DNA from: Spirochaetota bacterium
GTDB taxonomy: Bacteria; Spirochaetota; Spirochaetia; Treponematales; UBA12059
Direction of reading: 5' to 3'
Length of the DNA: 64,000 bases
Assembly (NCBI GenBank): GCA_018816345.1
Contig: JAHIWG010000139.1
Span: 15,769 to 79,768 of the forward strand
A program made the translations under genes and the position numbers. Shown piece after piece: positions 49,423-58,087 of the stretch (position 1 is the stretch's first letter; each line of letters begins with the position of its first letter). The notes under the pieces are model-generated. The model ran no database searches and was not told the origin of the DNA. It was given only the letters and a program-made list of their open reading frames with translations.

Positions 49423-50022
49423 ATGTTCGATTTCAGGCGATGCATCGCCGACGGCTGCGAAGCGACCGCGATATCGGGGACCGAATTCTGCGTCGACCAT
49501 CATCGCGATCCTGACTCCGTCGCCGCCTCGTTCCTCGAGGCCTTCGCCGCCGCGCCCATGCTCAAGAACCTGAACATGGCCGGCCTCCGCTTCGAAGGCG
49601 CCGACCTCTCCGGCAAGCGATTCTTCTCGTGCTCGTTCTCCAATACCGTGCTCAAGAACATGACCTTCTCCGGCTGCGTCTTCCGGATGTGCTTCTTCGA
49701 TTTCTGCTCGGCCGACTCGTGCGATTTCTCGGGGGTCGACGCGCAGTTCTGCTCCTTCGCGGGAGCCCGCTTCCTTAACGCGTCGTTCGAGCGCTCGGAG
49801 CTCGTGCACAATAATTTCAACGGCTCGCGCACGAGCGACTGCACGTTCAACTATTCCAACCTATACAACTCGCGCTTCATAATGTCGGAATTCGAGAAGA
49901 CCGATTTCATCGACTGCAACCTGAAACGGACCTTCGTGATCCCCTCCAAGGAAGTCGACGTTTCTTGGCGCCTTTCCAACACCCAGGAATCGATCAGGGA
50001 ACTCGACAGGATAGACTCATGA
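49423..50022 (+). CDS. Pentapeptide-repeat protein with N-terminal Cys/His cluster
   Basis: Long run of A(D/N)LxX-type quintets (…LSGKRFFSCSFSNTVLKNMTFSGCVFRMCFFDFCSADSCDFSGVDAQFCSFAGARFLNASFERSEL…). The N-terminus reads C-x4-C-x11-C-x2-HH. AAGGAGG SD. Confidence 0.75.
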   Translation: MFDFRRCIADGCEATAISGTEFCVDHHRDPDSVAASFLEAFAAAPMLKNLNMAGLRFEGADLSGKRFFSCSFSNTVLKNMTFSGCVFRMCFFDFCSADSCDFSGVDAQFCSFAGARFLNASFERSELVHNNFNGSRTSDCTFNYSNLYNSRFIMSEFEKTDFIDCNLKRTFVIPSKEVDVSWRLSNTQESIRELDRIDS

Positions 50023-50624
50023 CCGTATTCTTCCACTACGCCTTGCACGGCTTCGCCAACGTCTACCTCGTCGGCAACGACGAGACCATGGAGGCGGCGA
50101 TCATCGATCCCGCCGCCTTTACCCTGGGGCTCCTCGACTTCATCGAGGACAAGGGCTACTCCGTGACGGCGGTCCTGGTGACGCATAACCATCCGCACCA
50201 CGTCGACGGGCTCCGCACCCTCCTCCGCATCTACGACGCGGAGGTATTCTCGAGCAACGCCACCCTGGGCGACATTCCGTGCCGCATGGTCCGCGACTCC
50301 GAGACGTTCCGCGTCTGCGGCCTCGAGGTCCAGGCGCTCTCGGTGCCGGGGCACTCGGCAGACTCGATGGCGTACCGTCTCGACAAGCTCGTCTTCACCG
50401 GGGACGCCCTGCACGCGGGGCTCATAGGCAAGACTATGAGCCAATACGGCAACAGGCTCCTTAAGGAACAGCTGGCCAAGAAGATCCTGAGCCTTTCCGA
50501 CGACTGCCTCGTCCTGCCGGGCCACGGCCCGCCCTCGAGCATCGGCGCCGAGAAGCTGTACAACCTAGGCTGGAGGAAGACCAAGTCGGAGATCCGCCGC
50601 GACGAGTACGAGTTATTCGTCTGA
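50019..50624 (+). CDS. MBL-fold metallo-hydrolase (glyoxalase II-like)
   Basis: THNHPHHVDG (an HxHxDH-type motif), ...VPGHSADS... and ...PGHGP... ATGA overlap with the upstream gene. The track start at 49965 was trimmed. Confidence 0.8.
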   Translation: MTVFFHYALHGFANVYLVGNDETMEAAIIDPAAFTLGLLDFIEDKGYSVTAVLVTHNHPHHVDGLRTLLRIYDAEVFSSNATLGDIPCRMVRDSETFRVCGLEVQALSVPGHSADSMAYRLDKLVFTGDALHAGLIGKTMSQYGNRLLKEQLAKKILSLSDDCLVLPGHGPPSSIGAEKLYNLGWRKTKSEIRRDEYELFV

Positions 50625-50743
50625 GTCGTCAATCCGCGCGCTTTCTTCGCTTTACAGGAAGCGAGGGCCGGTCCTATACTCGGTACGTCAATCGTAGCCG
50701 GCGCGTCGCGCCACGTATCGTGAATATCATAAGGAGAGCTCGC

Positions 50744-51277
50744 ATGAGGAAACTAAGGTTGATCGCCATCGCGACGGCGGTCTTGATAGCGCTCGGGGCG
50801 GTATCCGCCTGGGCGGCCGACGATATTCTCGGCCTCTGGAAGATCATCGACGACAAGACGAACAAGCCTACGGCCTTCGTACTCCTCTATTCGAACGGCG
50901 GGAAGCTCTACGGCCGGATGATGGCCACGATCAGCAAGGAAACGGGCAAGGTAGACGATACTATCGATACTATGAAGTTCAAGGCGGACGCCCTCGCGGG
51001 CGACCCTCCCAACTGCGGGCTCGACTTCGTATACGAGATGCAGGAGCGGGGGAAGGACTGGAAGGGCGCGATCATCGACCCGGGCGACGGGAAGGTGTAC
51101 GACTGCACGATCAAGCGCGACGGTGATAAGCTGATCGTCCGCGGCTCGCTAAAAGGCACCGGCGGCCTGCTCGGCAGGAACCAGACCTGGCTCCTCGCGA
51201 ACGAGTCGGAGCTGCCCCCCGACTTCAAGCTCCCCGCTCCCGCGAGCTTCGTACCCCTAATACCAAAGAAGAAGTAA
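50744..51277 (+). CDS. DUF2147-family secreted protein
   Basis: Signal peptide (...AVSAWA|AD), GLWKIIDDKTNKP..., ...GAIIDPGDGKVYDCTIKRDGDKLIVRG... The ATG at 50744 has an AAGGAGAG SD. Confidence 0.75.
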   Translation: MRKLRLIAIATAVLIALGAVSAWAADDILGLWKIIDDKTNKPTAFVLLYSNGGKLYGRMMATISKETGKVDDTIDTMKFKADALAGDPPNCGLDFVYEMQERGKDWKGAIIDPGDGKVYDCTIKRDGDKLIVRGSLKGTGGLLGRNQTWLLANESELPPDFKLPAPASFVPLIPKKK

Positions 51278-51284
51278 GCTTCCC

Positions 51285-51310
51285 GTAGGTCGGCGTTCGC
51301 GCCGGCCTAC
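51285..51310. terminator. GC-rich hairpin between convergent genes (possible bidirectional terminator)
   Basis: GTAGGTCGGCG, loop TTCG, CGCCGGCCTAC. The 11-bp stem has one G-U pair. No U-tract is present. The right arm abuts the pdxY stop. Confidence 0.4.
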
Positions 51311-52164
51311 TAGCCGACCGCCTCCGAAAGGAAGCGCTTGACGGGGCTGGCGATATGCCCCTGCGCCGAGACGAGCGCCAGGCTATCGCCTCCCGAGGCC
51401 AATGTCGCCTCGAGCACCGAGTACAAGGCGCCTATGGTCATTTCTATGGCCTCTACCGCGTCGTTGCACCCTAGGTAGTATCCTAGGAACAACGCGCTCG
51501 CGAGGTCCCCGGAGCCTTTCGGGGGCCGGGAGAACGGAAGCATCGGGGCCAGGACCGTACGCCTTGAGCTGCCGTCGCTGACGAAAAACCCTATGCCGCC
51601 GTTTCCCGAAGGCCGGAAGCTCGTTACGAGCACGACCCGCGGCCCCATCGCGTGTATGGCGTCCGCGGCCTTCGCGGCGTCGCGGGCCGTAGCGATAGTC
51701 GCGCCGGATAGCATCTCGGCCTCGAAGACGTTCGGGCTGACGATATCGGCCCGCGGCACGGCCTCGGCGGCTATGAATTCCGGCAAGCCGCGCTGAACGT
51801 AGACGCCCTCCGGGACGTCTCCCATCACCGGGTCGCAGCAGTATAGGGCGGCGGGATTGGCGCGCCTCGCGGCGTCCACGGCCCTGACGATCGCGGCGCC
51901 GGTCTCGGCGTCGCCCATATACCCCGACAGCACGGCGTCGCACCTCGAGAGGACTCCTAGGCCCTCGAGTCCCTTCACGACGTCGGTCACGTGATCGGCG
52001 CCGAAAGCGGCGCCGGTCCACCCGGGGATGCCGGTATGGCAGGAGAATTGCACGGTATTGATGGGCCAGACTTCGAAGCCTAGGCGCTCGAGGGGAAAGA
52101 CGGCGGAGCGGTTACCTACCCTGCCGTAGGCCACGTGGGATTGAATAGAAAGAACGTTCATCAT
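51310..52164 (-). CDS. pdxY: Pyridoxal kinase, PdxY type
   Basis: MMNVLSIQSHVAYGRVGNRSAVFPLERLGFEVWPINTVQFSCHTG... and a ribokinase-fold C-terminus with ...GSGDL... ATGA overlap with hemW. Confidence 0.85.
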   Translation of the reverse strand: MMNVLSIQSHVAYGRVGNRSAVFPLERLGFEVWPINTVQFSCHTGIPGWTGAAFGADHVTDVVKGLEGLGVLSRCDAVLSGYMGDAETGAAIVRAVDAARRANPAALYCCDPVMGDVPEGVYVQRGLPEFIAAEAVPRADIVSPNVFEAEMLSGATIATARDAAKAADAIHAMGPRVVLVTSFRPSGNGGIGFFVSDGSSRRTVLAPMLPFSRPPKGSGDLASALFLGYYLGCNDAVEAIEMTIGALYSVLEATLASGGDSLALVSAQGHIASPVKRFLSEAVG

Positions 52165-53387
52165 GAAGGGCCTCCTATATCGGCGTTCCCGCTATCGAAA
52201 AATCGATCGGCGTTTGACAACGCGGCCACGAGGGGAATGTTAAGCGCGTCGAGCCCTCTGTCGGTCGGGAATAACCTCGTCCCGTCGAAGCGCACCAGGT
52301 CCGGGTAGCTCTCGTGGAGACGACCGAAGGCTTCGAGGGGATCGAAGCCGAAGCGCCTCGCGAAACCGGCCGCGTCAAGGCCCCTGGAGGTGCGCAGGGC
52401 CGTCATGAGGCATTCGAAGGCGGCGTCACGGCCACCGACGAACGACTCGGCAACCGTCCCGCACGGATCCGTCGCGTAGCGCGAGTCGTCGCGGGAATTC
52501 TCGAGGCGCAGGAAGCCTCCTCGCGCAGAGCCTCCGCTCTCGCCGCTCGCACGGGAGGCGGCGACGTTCCCGACGCCGGCGGGGCCTACGGCCAGCCAAT
52601 CGCCCATTTCCCAATAGACCTGGTTGTGCCGGCATTCCTGCCCCGGAAGCGCCCAATTAGACACCTCGTACCTGACGAACCCGGCCTTCGCGAGCGCCGC
52701 GGCGGCGGCTTCGTACATATCAGCCCGCTCGTCGTCGTCGGGCAGGCTGACCGTGCCCGCCTGAACAGCGTCGTGCAACGGCGTGCCGTGTTCCAGGGTC
52801 AGCTCGTATAGCGAGACGTGACCGGCCCCTAGTTCGCAGAGCAGGCGCGCGTCGCGCTCCAGGCCGCCGACGCTCTGGCCGGGGAGGCCGAACATCAAGT
52901 CCGCCGACCACCTGCCGCGCCATTTCGAGGCCAGGGACTCCAGCCTCCCGATGCACGAGCGAGAGTCCCCTCGCCTGCCCGCGACGTACCTCGCCTGGTC
53001 CTCGAGGCTTTGTACCCCGACGCTCAGCCTATCCACGCCGGCCTCGCCTATAGTCCCGAGGAAGGCGTCGCTCACGTCCTCGGGATTCGCCTCGATGCTC
53101 CACTCTGAGGGGAGGGTTCCGCCGGCCTGCGCCTCGGCGCCTAGGATGGAGAGGAGGCGGCGCAGTATTCCAGGGGGAAGGGCGGAGGGAGTGCCTCCGC
53201 CGATGTACAAGGTATCGTACCCGGACCGGCCGAATCTTCGCCCGTGCTCGGCGAGGTGCAGCTCGACCGCAGCAGCCCAGGCCTCCGCCGGTTCTTGCAT
53301 CGCGCCTCGGCCGTACGCCGCGCTATGGAAATCGCAATAGGCGCAGCGCTTGGAGCAGAACGGGACGTGGACGTAGAGGGACGGCAC
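52161..53387 (-). CDS. hemW: Radical SAM family heme chaperone HemW / oxygen-independent coproporphyrinogen-III oxidase-like
   Basis: LYVHVPFCSKRCAYCDF (CxxxCxxC), ...LYIGGGTPS... and a HemN_C-type C-terminus. Confidence 0.85.
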   Translation of the reverse strand: MPSLYVHVPFCSKRCAYCDFHSAAYGRGAMQEPAEAWAAAVELHLAEHGRRFGRSGYDTLYIGGGTPSALPPGILRRLLSILGAEAQAGGTLPSEWSIEANPEDVSDAFLGTIGEAGVDRLSVGVQSLEDQARYVAGRRGDSRSCIGRLESLASKWRGRWSADLMFGLPGQSVGGLERDARLLCELGAGHVSLYELTLEHGTPLHDAVQAGTVSLPDDDERADMYEAAAAALAKAGFVRYEVSNWALPGQECRHNQVYWEMGDWLAVGPAGVGNVAASRASGESGGSARGGFLRLENSRDDSRYATDPCGTVAESFVGGRDAAFECLMTALRTSRGLDAAGFARRFGFDPLEAFGRLHESYPDLVRFDGTRLFPTDRGLDALNIPLVAALSNADRFFDSGNADIGGPS

Positions 53388-53396
53388 CGAGGGCGC

Positions 53397-54125
53397 CTAG
53401 AAGCCGGAGATCCGGTCGAGGGGCCAGTAGCGCGCGACGACCTTGCCCAGGAAATGATCCGCCCGGACGGGGCCGAAGAAACGCGAGTCGGGGCTCGAGA
53501 AGCGCTCGTCGCCGACGACGAAGAACTCGTCGGGGCCTAGCTCCATCGCCTCCATCGAGCCCGCTAGCGGCATCGCCTTATCCCAGCCATCGATAGGCCT
53601 GGCGCCGGCGATATCGTAGTCGCCGCCCGACACCTCGTACTCCGTAAGGTAATGCGAGGTCCCCGCGGTCCTCACGTAGACTATGTAGCCGTCCATCATC
53701 ACCGAGTCCCCGGGGCCGGCGACGACTCGCTTAATGACAGGCGAGTCGAAGGCGGCCTCGACGCCCGGCGCTCCGAGGCGCTGCAGGCTCAGGAAGTGCA
53801 GGGCGGAATCGAGAAGCCGCTTATGCCAGGCGCGATGCTCCGATGAGGGGCGGCGGATGAGAACGACGTCGCCCCGCTTCGGCGCCTTGAAGACCGTTCT
53901 CGTCCCGGAGAACGGATTGAGCACGCCGTAGGCGGACGAAGCGACGATGACCCTGTCCTTTGGCGAGAGCGTCGGCATCATCGAGGTGGACCCTACGACC
54001 CACGACTTGAGCGCGAAGGCGGAGAACGATTCGAAGGCGAAGAATATCAGCACGACGTACTTCGCGAAGCGCATGACGCGCGACCGCTTCCTCTTGACGT
54101 CCTCGAACGATTGGACCCGCTTCAT
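53397..54125 (-). CDS. lepB: Signal peptidase I
   Basis: N-terminal TM helix, GSTSMMPTL (catalytic Ser box), ...RGDVVL..., ...GDERFSSPDSRFFG... (catalytic Lys region). Confidence 0.88.
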   Translation of the reverse strand: MKRVQSFEDVKRKRSRVMRFAKYVVLIFFAFESFSAFALKSWVVGSTSMMPTLSPKDRVIVASSAYGVLNPFSGTRTVFKAPKRGDVVLIRRPSSEHRAWHKRLLDSALHFLSLQRLGAPGVEAAFDSPVIKRVVAGPGDSVMMDGYIVYVRTAGTSHYLTEYEVSGGDYDIAGARPIDGWDKAMPLAGSMEAMELGPDEFFVVGDERFSSPDSRFFGPVRADHFLGKVVARYWPLDRISGF

Positions 54126-54130
54126 GCCGC

Positions 54131-55150
54131 CTACCTGATGCCGCCGAGGCGCCCCAGTGGCCAGTAGACGAATAGCGCGTGCCCTAGAACCTTATCGAGC
54201 GATACCGCCCCGAACCAGCGCGCGTCCTTTGAATTATCCCTATTATCGCCCATGGGGAAGACCCTATCCTCCGGGATGTACCATCCGGAACGGATCATCC
54301 TATCCTCGGCGACCGTGCGGGCGTCATGGGGATACGCCGACGCCAGCTCCGCTACCAGGGAGGCGTTGAACGCCTTGTCGTCGTACTGGTTATACCGGAC
54401 GGAGGGCATGTCGGTCCGTATGCCCATCTCGACCTCTGCCCTCGCGACGCCCGCGCGACGTATGGAAGGATAGTCCTCGGGCTTTACCATGCGCCTGAGC
54501 GGGTACTGGAAGCCGGTAGCCTTCTGATAGTCGCGCTCGGACGTCCATTCGGACTCCCCGCGGAAGAGGAATCCGACCTCGCCGTCGACGACCCTGACGG
54601 TATCGCCGCCGACGCCGACCGCGCGCTTGATGAGGTAATGCACCCGCGGCTGGCCGGCCTCGTCGAGGTCTATATCCACGAGCGTCAGCGTCGCCATGTA
54701 GACGAACTGCTGCAGTATCGTGAAAATCGGCCCCTTCGACAGGTAGGCGGGGTTCTCGAACACGACGACCTCCCCGCGGGAGGTACGCCTGAAGCCGGGC
54801 ATCTTGGCGACGCCGGGAAGCAGTTCCGGCCCGTACACTATCTTATCGACGAAAATCATATCGCCTATCTCGAGCGTTCCCGACATGGAACCCGAGGGAA
54901 TGCGGTACATCTGGAACAGGTATTGGTTTATGAGGAGAACCATGCATACGGCCCAAAGGATGGCTTCCGCCCAGTCGCGGATCCAGTGCTTGGCCTGTTG
55001 TTTCATCTTCTGGGCGAGCCGGCGCTTCTTTCGGCGCGTCAGCGCGCGCTCCGTGAAGGACTCCAGCGACGCGAGGAAGTCGGTTTTTGCGTCCATCGGA
55101 TCGAGGCTACCATCTTTCGTTCGCGTTGACAAGCCTCGCCGCGGACTCAT
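54131..55150 (-). CDS. lepB: Signal peptidase I (second, longer paralog)
   Basis: IPSGSMSGTLEIGD, ...RGEVVVF..., ...GDNRDNSKDARWFG... The start is uncertain: ATG 55150 or ATG 55096. Confidence 0.85.
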   Translation of the reverse strand: MSPRRGLSTRTKDGSLDPMDAKTDFLASLESFTERALTRRKKRRLAQKMKQQAKHWIRDWAEAILWAVCMVLLINQYLFQMYRIPSGSMSGTLEIGDMIFVDKIVYGPELLPGVAKMPGFRRTSRGEVVVFENPAYLSKGPIFTILQQFVYMATLTLVDIDLDEAGQPRVHYLIKRAVGVGGDTVRVVDGEVGFLFRGESEWTSERDYQKATGFQYPLRRMVKPEDYPSIRRAGVARAEVEMGIRTDMPSVRYNQYDDKAFNASLVAELASAYPHDARTVAEDRMIRSGWYIPEDRVFPMGDNRDNSKDARWFGAVSLDKVLGHALFVYWPLGRLGGIR

Positions 55151-55155
55151 ATAAT
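55126..55155 (+). promoter_or_regulatory. Consensus sigma70 promoter (leaderless candidate) for the PEGA/FGE-domain gene
   Basis: TTGACA (55126-55131), 18-nt spacer, TATAAT (55150-55155), then 6 nt to the ATG at 55162. Confidence 0.6.
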
Positions 55156-55161
55156 CCCGCG

Positions 55162-56697
55162 ATGAACGACGATAAGACGATAACCAGACAGGATATCGAC
55201 GAGGCCAAGGTTAGCCTCAGGCCGGTATTCGGCATCGCCCCTAAGTACTACGTGGCGGCCATATACGGCGTAGCCGCCCTGGCGGTCGCCTTCCTCCTCC
55301 TCGTATTCCCGGGGCTACGGAAGCCCGGGACGCTCTACTCGTTCGTCGTCGACCCTCCGGGAGCCGCGATATCGATAGACGGCGTCTACCGGGGCTCCGC
55401 TCCCTGCGAGCTCTTCCTCGCCGCGGGAGAACGCTCGGTTAGCATTTCCCGACCCGGTTTCGCGCCCAGCGCGACGGCCGTTATCGCTAAGGGCCGGGTC
55501 TTCGGGACCCTGGTCGTAAAGCCAAGGGCGACGCTGACCGCGTCGCTCGAGATAGATGGACGTTCAGCCGCGCTAAGGGACGGGGCGAGCCTGTACGCGT
55601 CATGGGCCCTCGCGGGTTCTCCGAGCGAGGCCTACCAGATCCCTCTCGTCCTATCGGACGCCGCGCTCGCGCTGTCCAAGGAGCCGCTCTCGACCGAGGC
55701 GCGCGGCCTGGCCGGCGCCGCGGTCTCATACGCCAGCCACGCCCAGTCGCTCAGGGACGCCGCTCGCGCCGTATCAATAGCCTATTCCGACTCGGCGGCC
55801 GTCACGCCAGCATCGCTCGGCAGGCTCGTGAGCGCCCTTAGCTCTGAACTGAGAGACGATCCCGCCATGCTCGCCGCCTTCGCCTCGCTCGTCCCCGCTA
55901 CCGTCCGCGCGCGTATCGAGCCCACGGGCCTATACCGGGAAGCGGTCGCGAACGCCGTAGCCGCGGCCCGGCGAGCCTCCGCCGTAGCGGGCGGCACCGA
56001 GACTGCGGACGGTAAGAAGTTCATAGCCGTAAGGGCGGGCACGGCCGTCGTCGCCGCGAGAGACGCTCTTCCCGCCTCGTCGGAGGTCGCCGGCTTCATG
56101 ATCGCCTCTGAGGAGACGACAGTAGGCGAATTCAGGCGCTTCGTCGCGGCGCGCCCTGACTGGGGCCCCTCCGCCGCGGCGTCCCTGGCCCGGGCCGGCC
56201 TCGCGGAGACCGATTACCTCCAAGGCTTCGGAGACCTCGCGGACGAAGACGTCCTCCGCTACGTCTCTAGGCCCGCAGCGATCGCCTACTGCTCCTGGCT
56301 CTCGGAGCGGGCGCCCTCCGGATACCGCTACTCGCTCCCTACCGAGGCTCAATGGACGCTCGCGGCGGCCGCGGGCCGGGCGTCGCCCGCGGGCGTTCCT
56401 TTCGCCGATTCGGGCGCGACGGGGCCTTCCCGGCCTTCGGGGCTTCCGAGCGACGCGGCGGGTCTCAAGGGCATGCTCGGCAACGTATGGGAATGGTGCT
56501 CCGATTCTTACTCCTCGAGCCCGGCGAGCGGCGCGGCCGGCAGGTCCCGCTTCCCGTCGGCCGAGGCGGTAGTCAGGGGCGGATGCTGGGCTAACCGAGC
56601 CAGCCTGGTGCGCGTCGACTCGCGCGGGCCCATGCGCGAATCGGAATGCTCGCCCTACCTCGGTTTCAGGATCGTCCTCGCGCCCTATACGGAGTGA
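55162..56697 (+). CDS. Membrane-anchored PEGA-domain / formylglycine-generating-enzyme (SUMF1) domain protein
   Basis: One TM helix, a PEGA-like beta domain (...GAAISIDGVYRGSAPCEL...), an Ala-rich linker, and a C-terminal FGE-sulfatase domain (...TTVGEFRRFV..., ...LPTEAQW..., ...GNVWEWCSD..., ...RGGCW..., ...LGFRIV). Confidence 0.8.
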   Translation: MNDDKTITRQDIDEAKVSLRPVFGIAPKYYVAAIYGVAALAVAFLLLVFPGLRKPGTLYSFVVDPPGAAISIDGVYRGSAPCELFLAAGERSVSISRPGFAPSATAVIAKGRVFGTLVVKPRATLTASLEIDGRSAALRDGASLYASWALAGSPSEAYQIPLVLSDAALALSKEPLSTEARGLAGAAVSYASHAQSLRDAARAVSIAYSDSAAVTPASLGRLVSALSSELRDDPAMLAAFASLVPATVRARIEPTGLYREAVANAVAAARRASAVAGGTETADGKKFIAVRAGTAVVAARDALPASSEVAGFMIASEETTVGEFRRFVAARPDWGPSAAASLARAGLAETDYLQGFGDLADEDVLRYVSRPAAIAYCSWLSERAPSGYRYSLPTEAQWTLAAAAGRASPAGVPFADSGATGPSRPSGLPSDAAGLKGMLGNVWEWCSDSYSSSPASGAAGRSRFPSAEAVVRGGCWANRASLVRVDSRGPMRESECSPYLGFRIVLAPYTE

Positions 56698-56701
56698 ATA
56701 G

Positions 56702-57160
56702 ATGGAAGGCATAAAGATCATAGCGCTCAATAGGCGCGCGCATTTCGATTACGCCGTCGAGGAGACGATAGAATGCGGGATAAGCCTCTTAGGCTCCGAA
56801 GTGAAATCGCTGCGAATAGGCAAGGTCTCCTTCCCCGACGGATACGCAGCCTTCGAGAAGGGCGAGCTGTGGCTGAGGAACGTGCATATATCCGAGTACA
56901 CCTGCAGCTCTATATTCAATCACGATCCGGACAGGCCCAAGAAATTGCTCGCGCACGCCCATGAGCTGAAGCGCCTGGAGCGGCGCGTAAACGAGAAGGG
57001 CTATACCCTCGTCCCGTTGGACTTCCACTTCAGGAAGGGCCGGGTGAAGGTCGAGCTCGGACTATGCAAGGGAAAGAAATTCCAGGATAAGAGAGAATCG
57101 ATAAAGGAACGCGACGTTCAGCGGGACCTGCAGCGCGACTTCCGGGTCAGGCAGCGATAA
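56702..57160 (+). CDS. smpB: SsrA-binding protein
   Basis: NRRAHFDYAVEETIECGISLLGSEVKSLR...LLAHAHELKRL...GYTLVPL...KGKK. Confidence 0.95.
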   Translation: MEGIKIIALNRRAHFDYAVEETIECGISLLGSEVKSLRIGKVSFPDGYAAFEKGELWLRNVHISEYTCSSIFNHDPDRPKKLLAHAHELKRLERRVNEKGYTLVPLDFHFRKGRVKVELGLCKGKKFQDKRESIKERDVQRDLQRDFRVRQR

Positions 57161-57162
57161 TC

Positions 57163-57714
57163 GTGGGCGGACTCAGGATAACGGGCGGGACTCTCAAGGG
57201 CAGGCGAATCGAGGTGCCTAAAGGCGATTTCGAGATCAGGCCCGCCATGGACAGGATGCGCGAATCGCTTTTCTCGATACTAGGCCCCCTCGACGGCAGG
57301 TCTTTCCTGGACATGTTCTCGGGCTCCGGCATCATAGCCCTCGAGGCGGCCAGCAGGGGCGCGTCGCCGGTAGCCTGCGTCGAGCGCGACAGGGCGAAAC
57401 TCGGCCTCTTGATCCGGAACGTCTCCATAGCGCCGGAGCGGATCGATTGCCACTGCGTCCCAGTGGAGCGCTTCGTCGTCAGGTGCGAGCGGGCGTACTC
57501 GGTGGTCTTCTGCGATCCTCCCTTCCCGTACTCGCATAAGTCCGACCTGATACGCTCGATCGCCGACGGAGGGCTCGTAGAGCCCGGCGGCCTCCTCCTC
57601 ATCCATTATCCCTCGGAGGATACGCTGCCGCAATCGCACGGTTCGCTCTCGGCGATCGACGAAAGGTCGTACGGCCGGTCTACCGTACGATTCTATAAGA
57701 GGGCTCTAGAGTAA
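57163..57714 (+). CDS. rsmD: 16S rRNA (guanine966-N2)-methyltransferase
   Basis: ITGGTLKGRRI...RPAMDRMRESLF...DMFSGSG...VFCDPPF. GTG start 2 nt after the smpB stop. Confidence 0.87.
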   Translation: MGGLRITGGTLKGRRIEVPKGDFEIRPAMDRMRESLFSILGPLDGRSFLDMFSGSGIIALEAASRGASPVACVERDRAKLGLLIRNVSIAPERIDCHCVPVERFVVRCERAYSVVFCDPPFPYSHKSDLIRSIADGGLVEPGGLLLIHYPSEDTLPQSHGSLSAIDERSYGRSTVRFYKRALE

Positions 57715-57720
57715 GGGATC

Positions 57721-57888
57721 CTACTTGTCGAGCGCCCGGATAATGCGCACGAGGCGATCGTCCAGGCAGGCCTGGCCCGTCGAAGTCCCGGCCGATCCGG
57801 GCTCTGCGACTGGGAACGGCATGGTCGGCGCTTGGTTCTCGCTCGTGCCAATCTCGCCATGCTCGAGTCCGAGCTCTTCGTGCACCAT
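57721..57888 (-). CDS. Candidate small protein (55 aa), below the ORF-track length cut-off
   Basis: Hand translation: MVHEELGLEHGEIGTSENQAPTMPFPVAEPGSAGTSTGQACLDDRLVRIIRALDK*. About 80% G/C at third codon positions. GGAG lies 6 nt before the ATG. An upstream extended -10 reads TGgTATAGT (57955-57963, minus strand). Confidence 0.4.
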   Translation of the reverse strand: MVHEELGLEHGEIGTSENQAPTMPFPVAEPGSAGTSTGQACLDDRLVRIIRALDK

Positions 57889-58006
57889 CGCGCTCTCCAG
57901 TCTCGGATGCTCCGTGCAACGGCTTCCGATTCATTCATATCGATTCTGATACTTACTATACCACGCCCGTACGGCATTTCAGCCATTCTCGCGCTTCTCC
58001 TTAGAA

Positions 58007-58035
58007 TTGATTATTTGCATAAACTCATTTATATT
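58007..58035 (+). promoter_or_regulatory. Sigma70-type promoter for the 58088 TPR-like operon
   Basis: TTGATT (58007-58012), 17-nt spacer, TATATT (58030-58035), in an A/T-rich divergent intergenic region. Confidence 0.5.
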
Positions 58036-58087
58036 CTATTAAGTAACCGTAAGACATGGCGAGATTCGCGCCTAGGACGGAGTCTAG

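Noticed and set aside
57680-57986. 97-aa and 84-aa minus-strand ORFs in the rsmD-TPR gap
   Set aside because: Both are extremely Arg-rich with no SD. The third frame (57721-57888) has coding-like GC3, an SD and a promoter, so it is preferred.
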